This document shows, in pieces, positions 8,144 to 19,578 of a DNA stretch of 30,961 nt (the stretch's first letter is position 1; the number at the start of each line of letters is the position of its first letter). The position numbers and the translations under genes are program-made. The DNA comes from Candidatus Hadarchaeota archaeon (GTDB lineage Archaea; Hadarchaeota; Hadarchaeia; Hadarchaeales; Hadarchaeaceae): positions 1 to 30,961 of the forward strand of contig JBFMBF010000013.1 in NCBI GenBank assembly GCA_040755315.1, given 5' to 3'. Below the pieces are notes generated by a model. The model was not told the origin of the DNA and ran no database searches. It saw only the letters and a list, made by a program, of their open reading frames with translations.

Positions 8144-8747
8144 ACCTGGCCCCCTTGGCTATCCTTTCCAGTTCCTCTTTTCTTGCCACCGAGAAACTCT
8201 TCACATCGTTATTGGAAGCCATGATTATCTCCTCTGCCAAGCACTCTTCCACCGGTTTTTTTGTGGTGAAAGATGCCGAAAATGCCCCTGCGGCCAAGTT
8301 CTTGATGGCAGAGTCAAGCCTTCTCTGGGGCGCCGCGTCCACAGCCACGTAGTATGAAATCCCCCCGTATGTTATGCGGGTAGTCTCTTCTCTCGGGGCG
8401 GCGTTCTGGACGGCGTTGACTAGAACCTGTACCGGGTTTTTCTTAGTCTTTTCGGCGATTATTTTGAATGATCTTTTAACGATGTTATACGCCTTGTGCT
8501 TTTTTCCAGTGGCTCCTGCACCCCTTATGATTTTTCCGCCGAGCTTCCTGGCCCCGGGTCCCGACCGCATGATCTTGTTTATGAGCCTCTCGACTATCGG
8601 CACGTCTGACTTGCCGAACAGCTTCTCCGCCTGCCGCCCCCCGCTGTGCAGGACAAGCTTTGGATCCAGCCGGATGTATTGCTTCAGGCCGGCATCCTTT
8701 ATGACCACTTCTTCGACGCCCCATTCACCAAAATACTTGAAAGCCAG
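8142..8747 (-). CDS. rps7: 30S ribosomal protein uS7 (probable CTG start)
   Basis: PIVERLINKIMR, NPVQVLVNAVQNAAPREET, RKEELERIAK. The conserved KYFGEW..V.IKD N-terminus extends upstream of GTG 8708 to CTG 8747, which follows SD GAGGTGAT. Confidence 0.95.
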   Translation of the reverse strand: MAFKYFGEWGVEEVVIKDAGLKQYIRLDPKLVLHSGGRQAEKLFGKSDVPIVERLINKIMRSGPGARKLGGKIIRGAGATGKKHKAYNIVKRSFKIIAEKTKKNPVQVLVNAVQNAAPREETTRITYGGISYYVAVDAAPQRRLDSAIKNLAAGAFSASFTTKKPVEECLAEEIIMASNNDVKSFSVARKEELERIAKGAR

Positions 8748-8751
8748 GCCA

Positions 8752-9186
8752 TCACCTCGTGGGTTTCTCCTTTCTGCCCTTCACAAGTTCCTTCAGAGAT
8801 ATCCCGTTGACGCTCGTGACGCGGTATCTGACACCAGGTATGTCACCGTAAGCTCCTCCCTTTGCCCCGCCGATCCCTTCTATCACTACCTCGTCGTGCT
8901 CGTCGATGAACCCGATTGCACCGTCCCCAGGCGCGAAAGCCGTGACTTGGCGTCCGCTCTTGACAAGCTGCACCCTGATGCATTTCCTGATGGCAGAGTT
9001 GGGCTGCTTAGCCTCTATCCCGACCTTTTCCAGCACTATCCCCTTTGCCTGTGGGGAGCCCTCAAGTGGGTCGGCCTTCTCCTTCAGCCTGAGCGCCCTA
9101 GTCTTGTACCTTGCGCTTTTCCACCTGAACCTCTGCCTAGTGAGATACAGCTTCCTCGCCGCGAACTCTCCTCTAGGTGACTTCAT
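8752..9186 (-). CDS. rps12: 30S ribosomal protein uS12
   Basis: [31 protein letters not shown] at 9186. Confidence 0.97.
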   Translation of the reverse strand: MKSPRGEFAARKLYLTRQRFRWKSARYKTRALRLKEKADPLEGSPQAKGIVLEKVGIEAKQPNSAIRKCIRVQLVKSGRQVTAFAPGDGAIGFIDEHDEVVIEGIGGAKGGAYGDIPGVRYRVTSVNGISLKELVKGRKEKPTR

Positions 9187-9226
9187 GTTAACCCTAAACA
9201 ATTGCAAATCCGGTGCTTTAAATCCA

Positions 9227-9651
9227 TCACTTGACAACGATGCCGTCTATCTTGTGGTGTCTCTGCGCAAGTTTTTTCGCGTTCAGAATCCTTTTGCCGC
9301 CTCTCCCCAAAAGAACCCCCTTATCCATGGGGTCAACTGTGACCTCGGCTATCCTCTTGTCCCCCTCCTCGGTGAACTTTACGGACTTCACCTTGGCAGG
9401 TTTCAAAATGTTTTTCAGGAACCCCTCCGGGTCACCCGAATATTCGACAACTCCTACAGTTTTCCCGATGGCATTTTTGACTTTCTTAATCCGGCTCCCC
9501 CCTTTGCCTATTGCAAGCCCCATGTCACCCTCAGAGACGACAAAAGTAACGAGACCATAACCCTCGTCCAACACACAGTCCTTGACCCTTGCGCCAGTAA
9601 GACCCTCAAAGAGTGCGATATATCTTAGCTCTTCGGACGTTAGCTTCACGG

Positions 9652-9655
<4 letters not shown>
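9227..9655 (-). CDS. nusA: archaeal NusA (two KH domains)
   Basis: [29 protein letters not shown]; canonical position in the operon. Confidence 0.95.
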
Positions 9656-11119
<1,464 letters not shown>

Positions 11120-13750
11120 CTACTCACCCATCACCCTGTCGATAATCTTTGCCACGTTTGCCGACTTCCCGCTGTCGCTTTTGGCCGGGTCTACGCCATC
11201 CTCACCGTAAGTGAACTGCACTATCGCAGCCCTGTCGTCCCTCACCGTACCGTCATATTCTACCCTGAGGTCCTGTAGAGCGTTGATCAATCGGCGTTGG
11301 AGGTAGCCGCTCTGAGCCGTCCTGACGGCTGTGTCGACCAGGCCCTCCCTGCCGCCCATGGCATGGAAAAAGAACTCCAAGGGTTCAAGTCCCCTCTTGT
11401 AACTTGAGCTTATGAACCCACGTGCATCGGCACCAAGGTCGCCCATCTTGTAATGCGGGAGGGTGCGCCTCCTGTAGCCTCGGCTTATTCTCTCCCCCCT
11501 GACAGACTGCTGCCCCACGCAGGCGGCCATCTGAGTCAGGTTCAGCATGCTTCCCCTGGCCCCCGTCCTAGCCATTATGACCGCGTGGTTGTCCATTCCA
11601 AGGTATTTTTCAGCTATGGCCCCAGTCGCGTCTCTGGCTTCAGCCAGAGTTTCCATGACCCGCATCTCAAGGGTCTCTTTCAAAGACCTGCCGGGCAGCG
11701 GCTCCAGCTCTCCGGCATTGTAGACCTCTATCAGCTTGTTCACCTTTACTTTTGCTTCATCCAAGACATCTGCTATCCTCTCTGCAGCCTCGGCGGGAAT
11801 GTCTTCATCGTCTATTCCGGTGGTGAAACCGATCATCATGGCCGAAGCGATGGATATTTTTGTGAGTTTGTCAAGAAATTCACGCGCGGCGGTCGTCCCA
11901 TAGTCTTTCACTATCCTGTCAAGTATTTCGCACCTGTCGAGGGCCTTGTAGCTTCTTGCATCTATCACGCCGGATTTGAGCTCTCCGTCTTTTATGACGA
12001 CATAAGCGTCGACGTCACACCCATCTTCCTTGCAGCGCACGCAGTTCTCGCAGACCTTCGCCTTGAACCTGAGGTTGAGCTTCTTTGGAAGCAGCATGCT
12101 GAATATTTGCTTCCCGCTCCAGCGCTCTCCATCTTTTTCCCTGAAGGCTGGCTTGGGGAGTTCCTCGAAGATACCTGCCTTGGCGAGAAGCATCTGGGCT
12201 TGTTCCCGCGTGAGCTTTGTATCCCTTCTGGTGAGGAGGTAGGCCCCTGTTATGTGTTCCTGTATGCCACCGATGATTGGGCCGCCAAACCTCGGAGAAA
12301 GTATCTGCTCCTGGACCCTCATGAGAATCCTAGCCTCTGCTTGCGCTTCTTCCGTCTGAGGGGCGTGGACGTTCATCTCGTCCCCATCAAAGTCCGCGTT
12401 GTAAGGCGGGCAGACGCTCAGGTTAAGCCTGAATGTCCTGCCGGGCAGAACCTTCACCTCATGTGCCATTATTGACATCCTGTGCAGGGAAGGCTGCCTG
12501 TTGAAAAGGACAATATCTCCGTCCTTGAGGTGGCGTTCGACAGAGAATCCCAGCTCAATCTTGCCGGCGAGCTCCTCCCTGTCCGCGTACCTGAGGTCAT
12601 ACCTCTTCCCGTCTGGGCTGATGACATAATTTGCGCCAGGGTATATGTCCGGGCCCCTCCTGACGAAGTTGCGGAGTTCCTCAATGTTATGATCATTTGT
12701 CCTGATGGGGATTGTTAAAATCTTTCCTACATATTCTGGGAGCCCTATCTCGTTTATGCTTATGTTTGGGTCAGGGGAAACAACAGTCCTTGCTGAAAAG
12801 TCCACACGCTTCCCAGACAGGTTCCCACGGAACCTTCCCTCTTTCCCCCTTAGTCGCTGTGCGAGCGTTCTGAGCACCCTGCCAGAGCGGTGCCTAGCCG
12901 GCGGAACCCCTGAAACGGCGTTGTCGAAATAAGTGGTGACATGGTACTGCAGCAGTTCCCATAGGTCCTCAATTATCAGGTGTGGTGCGCCCGCGTCTAT
13001 GTTTTCAGCCAACCGCTGGTTTATTCTTATGATGTCGACCAGCTTGTGAGTCAGGTCATCCTCCGACCGAACGCCTGATTCTAGGGTAATGCTTGGCCGA
13101 ACTGTCACTGGCGGGACGGGTATAACTTTCATCACCATCCACTCTGGCCTTGCGACCTTGGGATCTATGCCGAGCAGAGGTAGGTCTTCGTCTTTTATCC
13201 TCTCCAGTCGCTCTCTCACGTCGCTGGGAGACAGCCAGTTTTTTTCTTCTATGAAAGACGTTGGTTTTTCGAACTTGATTGGTGGTTGTTTTTGCTTGCA
13301 GTGGGGACAGACTTCAGCCCCCATCGCGTGCCGTGTTGCTTCCGCCGCGACCTTCCACCACTTTCCGCCAGCCCGTTTTTCTGCTTCTATCCTTTGCTTG
13401 TAGCTTTCCATTTTTGATGGGCTCAGCAGGATTCTGCCGCAATCCTTGAACTTGCATGTGGCCCTGAGGAGGTCGTAGACAGTCTCGACATAACCGATGT
13501 GAATGATGGGCCTTGCAAGCTCTATCTGCCCAAAGTGGCCAGGGCAGTCCCCTGCCTTGGACCCGCAGGTCTTGCACCTGAGACCAGGATCGGCTACGCC
13601 GAGCCTAAGGTCCATCAGCCCCCTCTCTATCGGATAGCCCTCGTCATCGTAAGTGTCAGCGGTGACGACCTTTGTGACCGAGATTTTTCTGATGTCTTCT
13701 GGGGACATCAGGCCGAAGTCTATGCTGTCGATCATTTTCGGGCTTCTCAT
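11120..13750 (-). CDS. rpoA1: DNA-directed RNA polymerase subunit A' (Rpo1N)
   Basis: CPGHFG, GKRVDFSAR, NRQPSLH, catalytic YNADFDGDEMN; no intein seen. Confidence 0.98.
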   Translation of the reverse strand: MRSPKMIDSIDFGLMSPEDIRKISVTKVVTADTYDDEGYPIERGLMDLRLGVADPGLRCKTCGSKAGDCPGHFGQIELARPIIHIGYVETVYDLLRATCKFKDCGRILLSPSKMESYKQRIEAEKRAGGKWWKVAAEATRHAMGAEVCPHCKQKQPPIKFEKPTSFIEEKNWLSPSDVRERLERIKDEDLPLLGIDPKVARPEWMVMKVIPVPPVTVRPSITLESGVRSEDDLTHKLVDIIRINQRLAENIDAGAPHLIIEDLWELLQYHVTTYFDNAVSGVPPARHRSGRVLRTLAQRLRGKEGRFRGNLSGKRVDFSARTVVSPDPNISINEIGLPEYVGKILTIPIRTNDHNIEELRNFVRRGPDIYPGANYVISPDGKRYDLRYADREELAGKIELGFSVERHLKDGDIVLFNRQPSLHRMSIMAHEVKVLPGRTFRLNLSVCPPYNADFDGDEMNVHAPQTEEAQAEARILMRVQEQILSPRFGGPIIGGIQEHITGAYLLTRRDTKLTREQAQMLLAKAGIFEELPKPAFREKDGERWSGKQIFSMLLPKKLNLRFKAKVCENCVRCKEDGCDVDAYVVIKDGELKSGVIDARSYKALDRCEILDRIVKDYGTTAAREFLDKLTKISIASAMMIGFTTGIDDEDIPAEAAERIADVLDEAKVKVNKLIEVYNAGELEPLPGRSLKETLEMRVMETLAEARDATGAIAEKYLGMDNHAVIMARTGARGSMLNLTQMAACVGQQSVRGERISRGYRRRTLPHYKMGDLGADARGFISSSYKRGLEPLEFFFHAMGGREGLVDTAVRTAQSGYLQRRLINALQDLRVEYDGTVRDDRAAIVQFTYGEDGVDPAKSDSGKSANVAKIIDRVMGE

Positions 13751-13758
13751 TTTTTCAC

Positions 13759-16700
13759 CTACACCCTGTCTCTGAGCCTTACCCTGGGGAAAAGGCCAAG
13801 CGACTTCAACTCGTCCGCCAGAAGCTTGAAAGCGTAGGATATCTCAACGCTGTGGATTTCTGACTCTTCCTCGCACCGCGGACAGTATGTGCGGTCCTTT
13901 TTTCTGTCGTAAAAGGCAAAATCTCCGCACCTCCCGCAGATGAGTGCCGTGTGGCGGTCGGATGCGTCAAGCAATCTTTCCTTCAAAAGCATTGCGGCTC
14001 CATGACCAATCAAGCAATCCCTCTCCATCTCTCCGAATCTCAGCCCGCCTTCCCTCGCGCGGCCTTCCGTGGGCTGGTGTGTCAGGACTTGGACGGGGCC
14101 ATGGGCCCTTGCGTGAATTTTGTCTGCGACCATGTGGTGGAGCCTCTGGTAGTAGCAGACGCCAATGAAGATTTCAACAGGTATGGTTTCACCAGTTATA
14201 CCATTGTACATGACGTCCTTCCCTGTGTACTTGAACCCGTAAGTTTTCAGCATCTCCCTCAGCCGGTTTTCCGGTATGCCGCTGAAAGGAGTCCCGTCCA
14301 TCTTTGTCCCGGCGGCCGCCCCCGCTTTTCCCGCCATCATCTCCAGCAGCTGTCCTACAGACATTCTTGACGGCAGGGCGTGTGGGTTGATCACGATGTC
14401 AGGGATTATCCCGTCCGCTGTGAACGGCATGTCGCAGGCGTCCAAAACTATGCCAATGACTCCTTTCTGTCCATGTCTCGATGCAAACTTATCCCCTATC
14501 TCCGGGATGCGCGGATCCCTTATCCTGACCCTTGCGAACTTGTGCCCTTCCTGAGTGGTGCTCATGATGACTTGGTCGGAAAACCCTACCTCGCTCGGCC
14601 TCACCCTAATGGAGCTCTCGCGGCGCCCATGCTCCATTGCAAGGCCAAATTCGTCTATCTCTTCTATGAAGCGGGGTGGACTGGTCTTTCCTATCAAGAC
14701 CTCCTCGCCGCGGACTTGGGTCTCCACCTCAATGATCCCTTCTTCACCCAAGTTCCGGTACAGACTGGCGTCCGCGTACCCTCTGATTTCTTCCCCCGGC
14801 ACCTCGAACTTGTCCACTTGACCTCCGGGGTAGCGGCCCTCTTCAGCCTCGTAAATCCTGTAAAACGTGACCCGGCCCATTCCCCTGTCTATAGAGTTCC
14901 TGTTCATGACCACCGCGTCTTCCATGTTGTAACCTCCATAAGTTGAGATGGCCACGACGATGTTTTGCCCGCCCGGCCTGCTGTCGAAACCTACGGCATC
15001 CATGACTTTCGTGTTCACTAAAGGAACCTGCGGGTAGTGCATGTAGTAACCCCTCGTGTCGACACGCTTGTGGATGCTGGTTGTGTTGAGGCCGAGCGCC
15101 TGTTTTGCCATGTTTGCGCCATATGTGTTGCGCGGCGACTGGTTGTGTTCTGCATAACAGACGAGGGCGGTGCTGATTCCCAGGATGGCAAGGGGGTGCA
15201 GCTCCATGTGGGTGCGTTCAGCTGTCAAACCTTTCTCGTCCACAGAGATGTACGAGTTTTCCTCCTCTTCCGCGTCTAGGTATTCTATGGCTCCGCTCTG
15301 AATCAATCCACTCCAAGGCAGCGCCCAGGACTTTACCTTTTCCACAAGTTCTGTGGTCAGCTTCGGCCTCCCTGCGTCCACCACTATCACAGGGCGTCTG
15401 ACCCTTCCGGCGTCGGTGTTGACCCTAACTTCCTCAAGATCTTCCCTGTATGCCACGTTGACCTGCTCATCTAGGACGGCTTTTCTCTTTTGTTTCCGGA
15501 TTTCTTCCACGAGCTTCTTTCCATCATCCACAATCCCGACCAGTCTCCCGTTCAGGGAGACGGTGGTCTTGCCCTTCCTCTCGCTGGTCTTTGTTATCTT
15601 AGAGACACCATGCTTGTGCAAAATGCGCTCGACTTTACCTTCGTCGGTCCCGGTGGAGATTTCGGCGGTGAGGGCGAGGTTTTTCACCAGCCCACAGTTT
15701 GGCCCCTCCGGTGTTTCGGATGGGCAAATCTTCCCCCAGTGGGTCGAGTGGAGGTCCCTGGCCTCAAAGTGGGGCTGGCTCCGGCTCAGCGGAGATGCCA
15801 CGCGTCTGAGATGGGAAACTGTGGCCATGTAGTTAGTTCTGTCAAGAAGCTGGCTCACGCCGGTCCTGCCGCCCGGCCAGTTCCCTGTGGCCAGAGCATG
15901 CCTTATCCTCTCAGTAAGGACGTCTGCGCGAGCGGCCGTCTTTAGGTCTAGCTCCCTTCCTCTGGAAGCGGACCTCTCGAGTTGGTATTTTATGTCTCGC
16001 ATGAGGTTCAGGAATGCCAGCCTGAAGACATTTTCAAGTAGGTCTCCGGCGAGCTTCAGTCTCTTGTTTGCGTAGTGGTCCTTGTCGTCGATGCCCCTCT
16101 TGCCCATGGCCAGCTCTATCACCTGCTCTGCCATCCTCCCGATGTAGTGGGCCTTGTTCAGTCGGTCGCTCTGCTTGGTCCCAATGTGCGGGAGAAGGTA
16201 CTTGTCTAAAACTTCTTGGGCCCTCTGGAGCCTGTAGCTCCTGGGCTGCCCGATGGCCACCCTTTTTCCTATGTAATCATAGGCGTCGTCTTTGGTTTTC
16301 ACCTCGCTGGCTTCCTGCAGGTTTTCGAACAGCTCCTTTATGATCTCAGGGTCGTCCGAAACTGCTTCGACTATTTCCTTGTCGCTGTCGAGCCCGAGCG
16401 CTTTAAGCAGAATAATCAGGGGGACTTGGCCTGGGACGGCCGGGAATGCTACCCTGAGCAGGCCATCCCTTTTTCTCTCCACCACCACAAGAGCCCTGAA
16501 TCCCCGGTGGGTTGAGAAAACCTTTGCCACCTCCGTCCCCACTCTTTCGTCCCTCTCCACGAGGACGGAGTTTGAGGCAAGGTCCTCCTGGGCGACTATC
16601 ACCCGCTCGGAGCCGTTGACAATGAAGTAGCCGCCGGGGTCGTATGGGTCCTCGCCGCTGTCCACCAGCTCGTCGTAGCTCTTCCCCCACAGCCGGCATT

Positions 16701-17064
16701 TTTTTGACTTGACCATGATGGGAAGTTCGCCGATGTAGACCTCCTGCGGCGGAGATTCCTTCCCACCCCTGACGAGGAACATCTCGAGAAAAACCGGGAC
16801 GGTGTAGCTCAGGTTCCTTATCCTGGCGTCGCACGGCCAGAGTTCTGGGACCGAGCCGTCAGCCTCGCTTATGGAGGCCTCGCCCAGCAGCACCTTCCCG
16901 AACTTCACTTTTACTCCCTCAATGTCGAGGTCTATCCCGCCCACTTCATCTGTGACTTGCTGCAGCCCATGATCGACGAAGTAGTTGTATGAGTCAAGGT
17001 GCTGGCGCACGAGCCCTTTTTCCTTTATGAAAGCTTCGACTACAGGCCAAGTGTCCAAATTCAC
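13759..17064 (-). CDS. rpoB: DNA-directed RNA polymerase subunit B (Rpo2), unsplit
   Basis: [46 protein letters not shown]-terminal Zn ribbon; a single 1101-aa ORF. Confidence 0.98.
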   Translation of the reverse strand: MNLDTWPVVEAFIKEKGLVRQHLDSYNYFVDHGLQQVTDEVGGIDLDIEGVKVKFGKVLLGEASISEADGSVPELWPCDARIRNLSYTVPVFLEMFLVRGGKESPPQEVYIGELPIMVKSKKCRLWGKSYDELVDSGEDPYDPGGYFIVNGSERVIVAQEDLASNSVLVERDERVGTEVAKVFSTHRGFRALVVVERKRDGLLRVAFPAVPGQVPLIILLKALGLDSDKEIVEAVSDDPEIIKELFENLQEASEVKTKDDAYDYIGKRVAIGQPRSYRLQRAQEVLDKYLLPHIGTKQSDRLNKAHYIGRMAEQVIELAMGKRGIDDKDHYANKRLKLAGDLLENVFRLAFLNLMRDIKYQLERSASRGRELDLKTAARADVLTERIRHALATGNWPGGRTGVSQLLDRTNYMATVSHLRRVASPLSRSQPHFEARDLHSTHWGKICPSETPEGPNCGLVKNLALTAEISTGTDEGKVERILHKHGVSKITKTSERKGKTTVSLNGRLVGIVDDGKKLVEEIRKQKRKAVLDEQVNVAYREDLEEVRVNTDAGRVRRPVIVVDAGRPKLTTELVEKVKSWALPWSGLIQSGAIEYLDAEEEENSYISVDEKGLTAERTHMELHPLAILGISTALVCYAEHNQSPRNTYGANMAKQALGLNTTSIHKRVDTRGYYMHYPQVPLVNTKVMDAVGFDSRPGGQNIVVAISTYGGYNMEDAVVMNRNSIDRGMGRVTFYRIYEAEEGRYPGGQVDKFEVPGEEIRGYADASLYRNLGEEGIIEVETQVRGEEVLIGKTSPPRFIEEIDEFGLAMEHGRRESSIRVRPSEVGFSDQVIMSTTQEGHKFARVRIRDPRIPEIGDKFASRHGQKGVIGIVLDACDMPFTADGIIPDIVINPHALPSRMSVGQLLEMMAGKAGAAAGTKMDGTPFSGIPENRLREMLKTYGFKYTGKDVMYNGITGETIPVEIFIGVCYYQRLHHMVADKIHARAHGPVQVLTHQPTEGRAREGGLRFGEMERDCLIGHGAAMLLKERLLDASDRHTALICGRCGDFAFYDRKKDRTYCPRCEEESEIHSVEISYAFKLLADELKSLGLFPRVRLRDRV

Positions 17065-17309
17065 TCCTCCACCACATATCTGTAAGTCACCGCTTTCCCA
17101 GCAGTTGGACTGTCTCGAGTTATCTTCACGATGTCTCCGAGATTTGCCCCCACCGCCGCGGCGGCAGGGTCTGTATTTTTGATGAAAGGAAGCTGGGCCG
17201 GCAGTAGAGAATATTTCTTCAGCAACTCCTCTGACTCCTCTTTTGACAGGACCTCGTGTTTAGGCACGAGCACGTGCCGCAGCACATATTCTTTCTTTGC
17301 TTCTTCCAT
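17061..17309 (-). CDS. rpoH: DNA-directed RNA polymerase subunit H (Rpo5)
   Basis: [38 protein letters not shown]. Confidence 0.97.
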   Translation of the reverse strand: MEEAKKEYVLRHVLVPKHEVLSKEESEELLKKYSLLPAQLPFIKNTDPAAAAVGANLGDIVKITRDSPTAGKAVTYRYVVEE

Positions 17310-17325
17310 TTTGGAGCCCCGCAGG

Positions 17326-17400
17326 CGGGCCCGGAGGGATTCGAACCCTCGACAACCGGCTTAAAAGGCCGGTGCGCTAGCCAGACTGCGCTACGGGCCC
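17326..17400 (-). tRNA. tRNA-Lys(TTT)
   Basis: GGGCCCG TA GCGC AGTCTGGCTA GCGC A CCGGC CT TTT AA GCCGG TTGTC GAGGG TTCGAAT CCCTC CGGGCCC G. Confidence 0.97.
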
Positions 17401-17515
17401 AGAAAGCGGCTCAAAACTTCCCCGCTCTTTTTTAGCCAATTAACGACCGCGGACAGCCTTTTAAACATTTCTAATTCCGCTTTTTTGAGGGTTGGTGTTT
17501 TTTCGTGTGAGAAGG

Positions 17516-17590
17516 CGCCCTGGTCGGGATTTGAACCCGAGGCGGAGCCTCGACAGGGCTCCATGTTAGTCCGGGCTACACCACCAGGGC
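17516..17590 (-). tRNA. tRNA-Asp(GTC)
   Basis: GCCCTGG TG GTGT AGCCCGGACTA ACAT G GAGCC CT GTC GA GGCTC CGCC TCGGG TTCAAAT CCCGA CCAGGGC G. Confidence 0.97.
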
Positions 17591-17613
17591 CCGAATTGTT
17601 GTTGTCACAACAG

Positions 17614-17627
17614 ATAATAAACTTTTC
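17614..17627 (-). promoter_or_regulatory. BRE/TATA promoter of tRNA-Asp
   Basis: Minus strand gaaaagtttattat, about 25 nt upstream of the tRNA 5' end. Confidence 0.55.
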
Positions 17628-17631
17628 AAAG

Positions 17632-17757
17632 TGGGCTGGCAGCGTCTCGAGCTTCCCGCCCGCTCTCGCAGGGCAGTACAACCCGAATCGCTGGCGGGCT
17701 TGACTTCCGGGATCGAACGGGACCGGGTATTTCCCCGCCGCCTTGGCCGCCAACCCA
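17632..17757 (-). rRNA. rrf: 5S rRNA
   Basis: Minus strand TGGGTTGGCGGCCAAGGCGGCGGGGAAATACCCGGTCCCGTTCGATCCCGGAAGTCAAGCCCGCC...GTACTGCCCTGCGAGAGCGGGCGGGAAGCTCGAGACGCTGCCAGCCCA; the ends pair and the length is about 125 nt. Confidence 0.95.
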
Positions 17758-17777
17758 ATTAAATCTGCGCCCGAGCG

Positions 17778-17783
17778 TATAAA
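17778..17783 (-). promoter_or_regulatory. TATA box of 5S rRNA
   Basis: Minus strand TTTATA, about 21-26 nt upstream of the 5S 5' end. Confidence 0.55.
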
Positions 17784-17808
17784 TCCATTTGTGCAGTTGA
17801 CTCCAAAA

Positions 17809-18147
17809 TTATTTACCAACAATCTTTCTGATTTTTTTTACGAGTTCCCCTGGCTCGAAAGGCTTCTCGATGTAGGTTTCGGTTTCTCCAGGAGATGGCT
17901 CTAGAACTGTGAGGAACGCCACCTTCTGTTGTTTGTTCATTCCCTTCAACTTCTTATAAATATCCCGTCCACTGATTTTTGGCATCATCAAGTCAAGAAG
18001 GACGAGGTCCGGCTTTTCTTTCTTGTATTTTTTGAGGAACTCTGCGCTATCTAGGAAGCCGATGAATTCAAAGCCCTCCTTCCTGAAGACCCGCTCGAGC
18101 AGTTGAAGGATGTCCGGCTCATCGTCCACCGCGATTATCTTCACCAT
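17809..18147 (-). CDS. stand-alone response regulator receiver (CheY-like)
   Basis: AVDDE, PDLVLLDLMMP, FLT, YIEKPF. Confidence 0.92.
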   Translation of the reverse strand: MVKIIAVDDEPDILQLLERVFRKEGFEFIGFLDSAEFLKKYKKEKPDLVLLDLMMPKISGRDIYKKLKGMNKQQKVAFLTVLEPSPGETETYIEKPFEPGELVKKIRKIVGK

Positions 18148-18151
18148 TTTT

Positions 18152-18988
18152 TCACCCCTTCACTGGCAGCTTGAAAGCGAAGGTCGAGCCCTTTCCAATC
18201 TTGCTCTTCACCCATATGTCGCCCTTGTGCGCCCTCACTATCTCCTTGCAGATGGCCAGCCCCAGTCCCGTGCCGCCGTACTTCCTCTTCCCAGAGGTGT
18301 CGGCCTGGTAGAATTTTGTAAAGAGTTTGGAGATGTCTTTCCTGCCTATGCCGATGCCAGTGTCTGCCACCTCGACCACCACATTGCTTCCGCTTTTCCT
18401 GGCACTGAGCGTCACCCCGCCCTTGTCCGTGAACTTGATGGCGTTGTTAAGCAGGTTTGTCAGGACTTGTGCGATCCTCATGGTGTCGCCATGGACGGTC
18501 GGCAGCTTTTCGGGCACGTCGGCTCTGAGGTAAATCTTCTTTTCCTTGGCGAATGGAGCAGCACTTGAAACAGCGTCTTTTATCGGGGTGGTCAGCTGGA
18601 TGTCCTCCATGTTGAATTTCATGACCTTTGACTCTAACTTGGCTATGTCCAAGATGTCGGCGACAAGGCGCTGTAATCTCTGTGTGTTCCTTATGGCAAT
18701 GTCGAGGTTTTCCCTGTCCTCGCTGTCCAGCTTTTTCTTGTCTATGAGGTGGAGGTAACCCACCATCGGAACGAGAGGTGTTTTCAGCTCATGGGCGGCG
18801 ATGTTCATGAACTCAGTCTTGAGCTTGTCCACGGACTTCAGCTTTTCGTGGGCCTTCCTAATCTCCGCCTCGTGCTTGTCCTTTATCCTGAGGAGCTGCC
18901 TGGTGTAGCGGAGGGAGTTTATGATCACGGCCAGCTCGAAAAGCACTAGCATGCTGAGCACTACCAGGACTATGTAGATGATATCCAT
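18152..18988 (-). CDS. histidine kinase (1 TM, HisKA, HATPase_c)
   Basis: H-box AAHELKTPL, N-box NLLNNAIKFT, G1 DTGIG, G2 GGTGLGL, N-terminal TM. Confidence 0.95.
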   Translation of the reverse strand: MDIIYIVLVVLSMLVLFELAVIINSLRYTRQLLRIKDKHEAEIRKAHEKLKSVDKLKTEFMNIAAHELKTPLVPMVGYLHLIDKKKLDSEDRENLDIAIRNTQRLQRLVADILDIAKLESKVMKFNMEDIQLTTPIKDAVSSAAPFAKEKKIYLRADVPEKLPTVHGDTMRIAQVLTNLLNNAIKFTDKGGVTLSARKSGSNVVVEVADTGIGIGRKDISKLFTKFYQADTSGKRKYGGTGLGLAICKEIVRAHKGDIWVKSKIGKGSTFAFKLPVKG

Positions 18989-19052
18989 TTCACCAGTTTT
19001 TCTTCAAGGGGCCGGGATAAAACCTTGACGCAACGCTGTTTTGAAAAATCGT

Positions 19053-19415
19053 CTATTTCTCAAGAAGGCTTCGGACCTTGCCGAGCAGCTCGTCGGGGGT
19101 GAAGGGCTTGGAGATGTAGGTGGGGGAGCCGAGGCTGAAGAGCCGCACTTGGGCCTTCGCGCTTATGTCGAGGGCGGACAAAAATGCGATCTTTTGGTCT
19201 TTGTGGATGCTTTTCATTTTTTTGTAAACGTCATAACCATCAACCCCGGGCAGCATTATGTCGAGCAGGACGATGTCTGGCTTTTCCTTACCAAATTTTT
19301 CAAGGGCTTCTTCGCCGGTGGTACAGCCCACGAACTCGTAGCCGGCCCTTTTCAGTATTTTTTCTATAAGCGCTAGGATGTCAGCCCCGTCCTCAACAGC
19401 CATTATCTTGGTCAT
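19053..19415 (-). CDS. stand-alone response regulator receiver (CheY-like)
   Basis: AVEDG, PDIVLLDIMLPGVDG, FLSA, YISKPF; ATG at 19415 (alternative TTG at 19427). Confidence 0.92.
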   Translation of the reverse strand: MTKIMAVEDGADILALIEKILKRAGYEFVGCTTGEEALEKFGKEKPDIVLLDIMLPGVDGYDVYKKMKSIHKDQKIAFLSALDISAKAQVRLFSLGSPTYISKPFTPDELLGKVRSLLEK

Positions 19416-19452
19416 TTTATCAATCAATTTTCGTGCTCGGTTTTTAAATGTG

Positions 19453-19545
19453 TGGTCCCGCGGGGGAGATTTGAACTCCCGACATGTCGGTCGCTATCCT
19501 TAGGGTCTACAGCCGACCACTCTAACCAGGCTGAGTTACCGCGGG
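19453..19545 (-). tRNA. tRNA-Tyr(GTA) with canonical 37/38 intron (19492-19506), CCA encoded
   Basis: CCCGCGG TA ACTC AGCCTGGTTA GAGT G GTCGG CT GTA G[ACCCTAAGGATAGCG]A CCGAC ATGTC GGGAG TTCAAAT CTCCC CCGCGGG A CCA; C1-G72 pair; BHB helix CTGT/ATAG. Confidence 0.96.
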
Positions 19546-19578
19546 ACCAATAAAATCTGGGCACTGTTCCTTAAAACT

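Noticed and set aside
11120..17064. Inteins or insertions in RNA polymerase subunits
   Set aside because: Lengths and motifs are contiguous, with no intein splice-junction motifs.
17391..17822. 143-aa minus-strand ORF
   Set aside because: It overlaps the 5S rRNA and tRNA-Asp genes.
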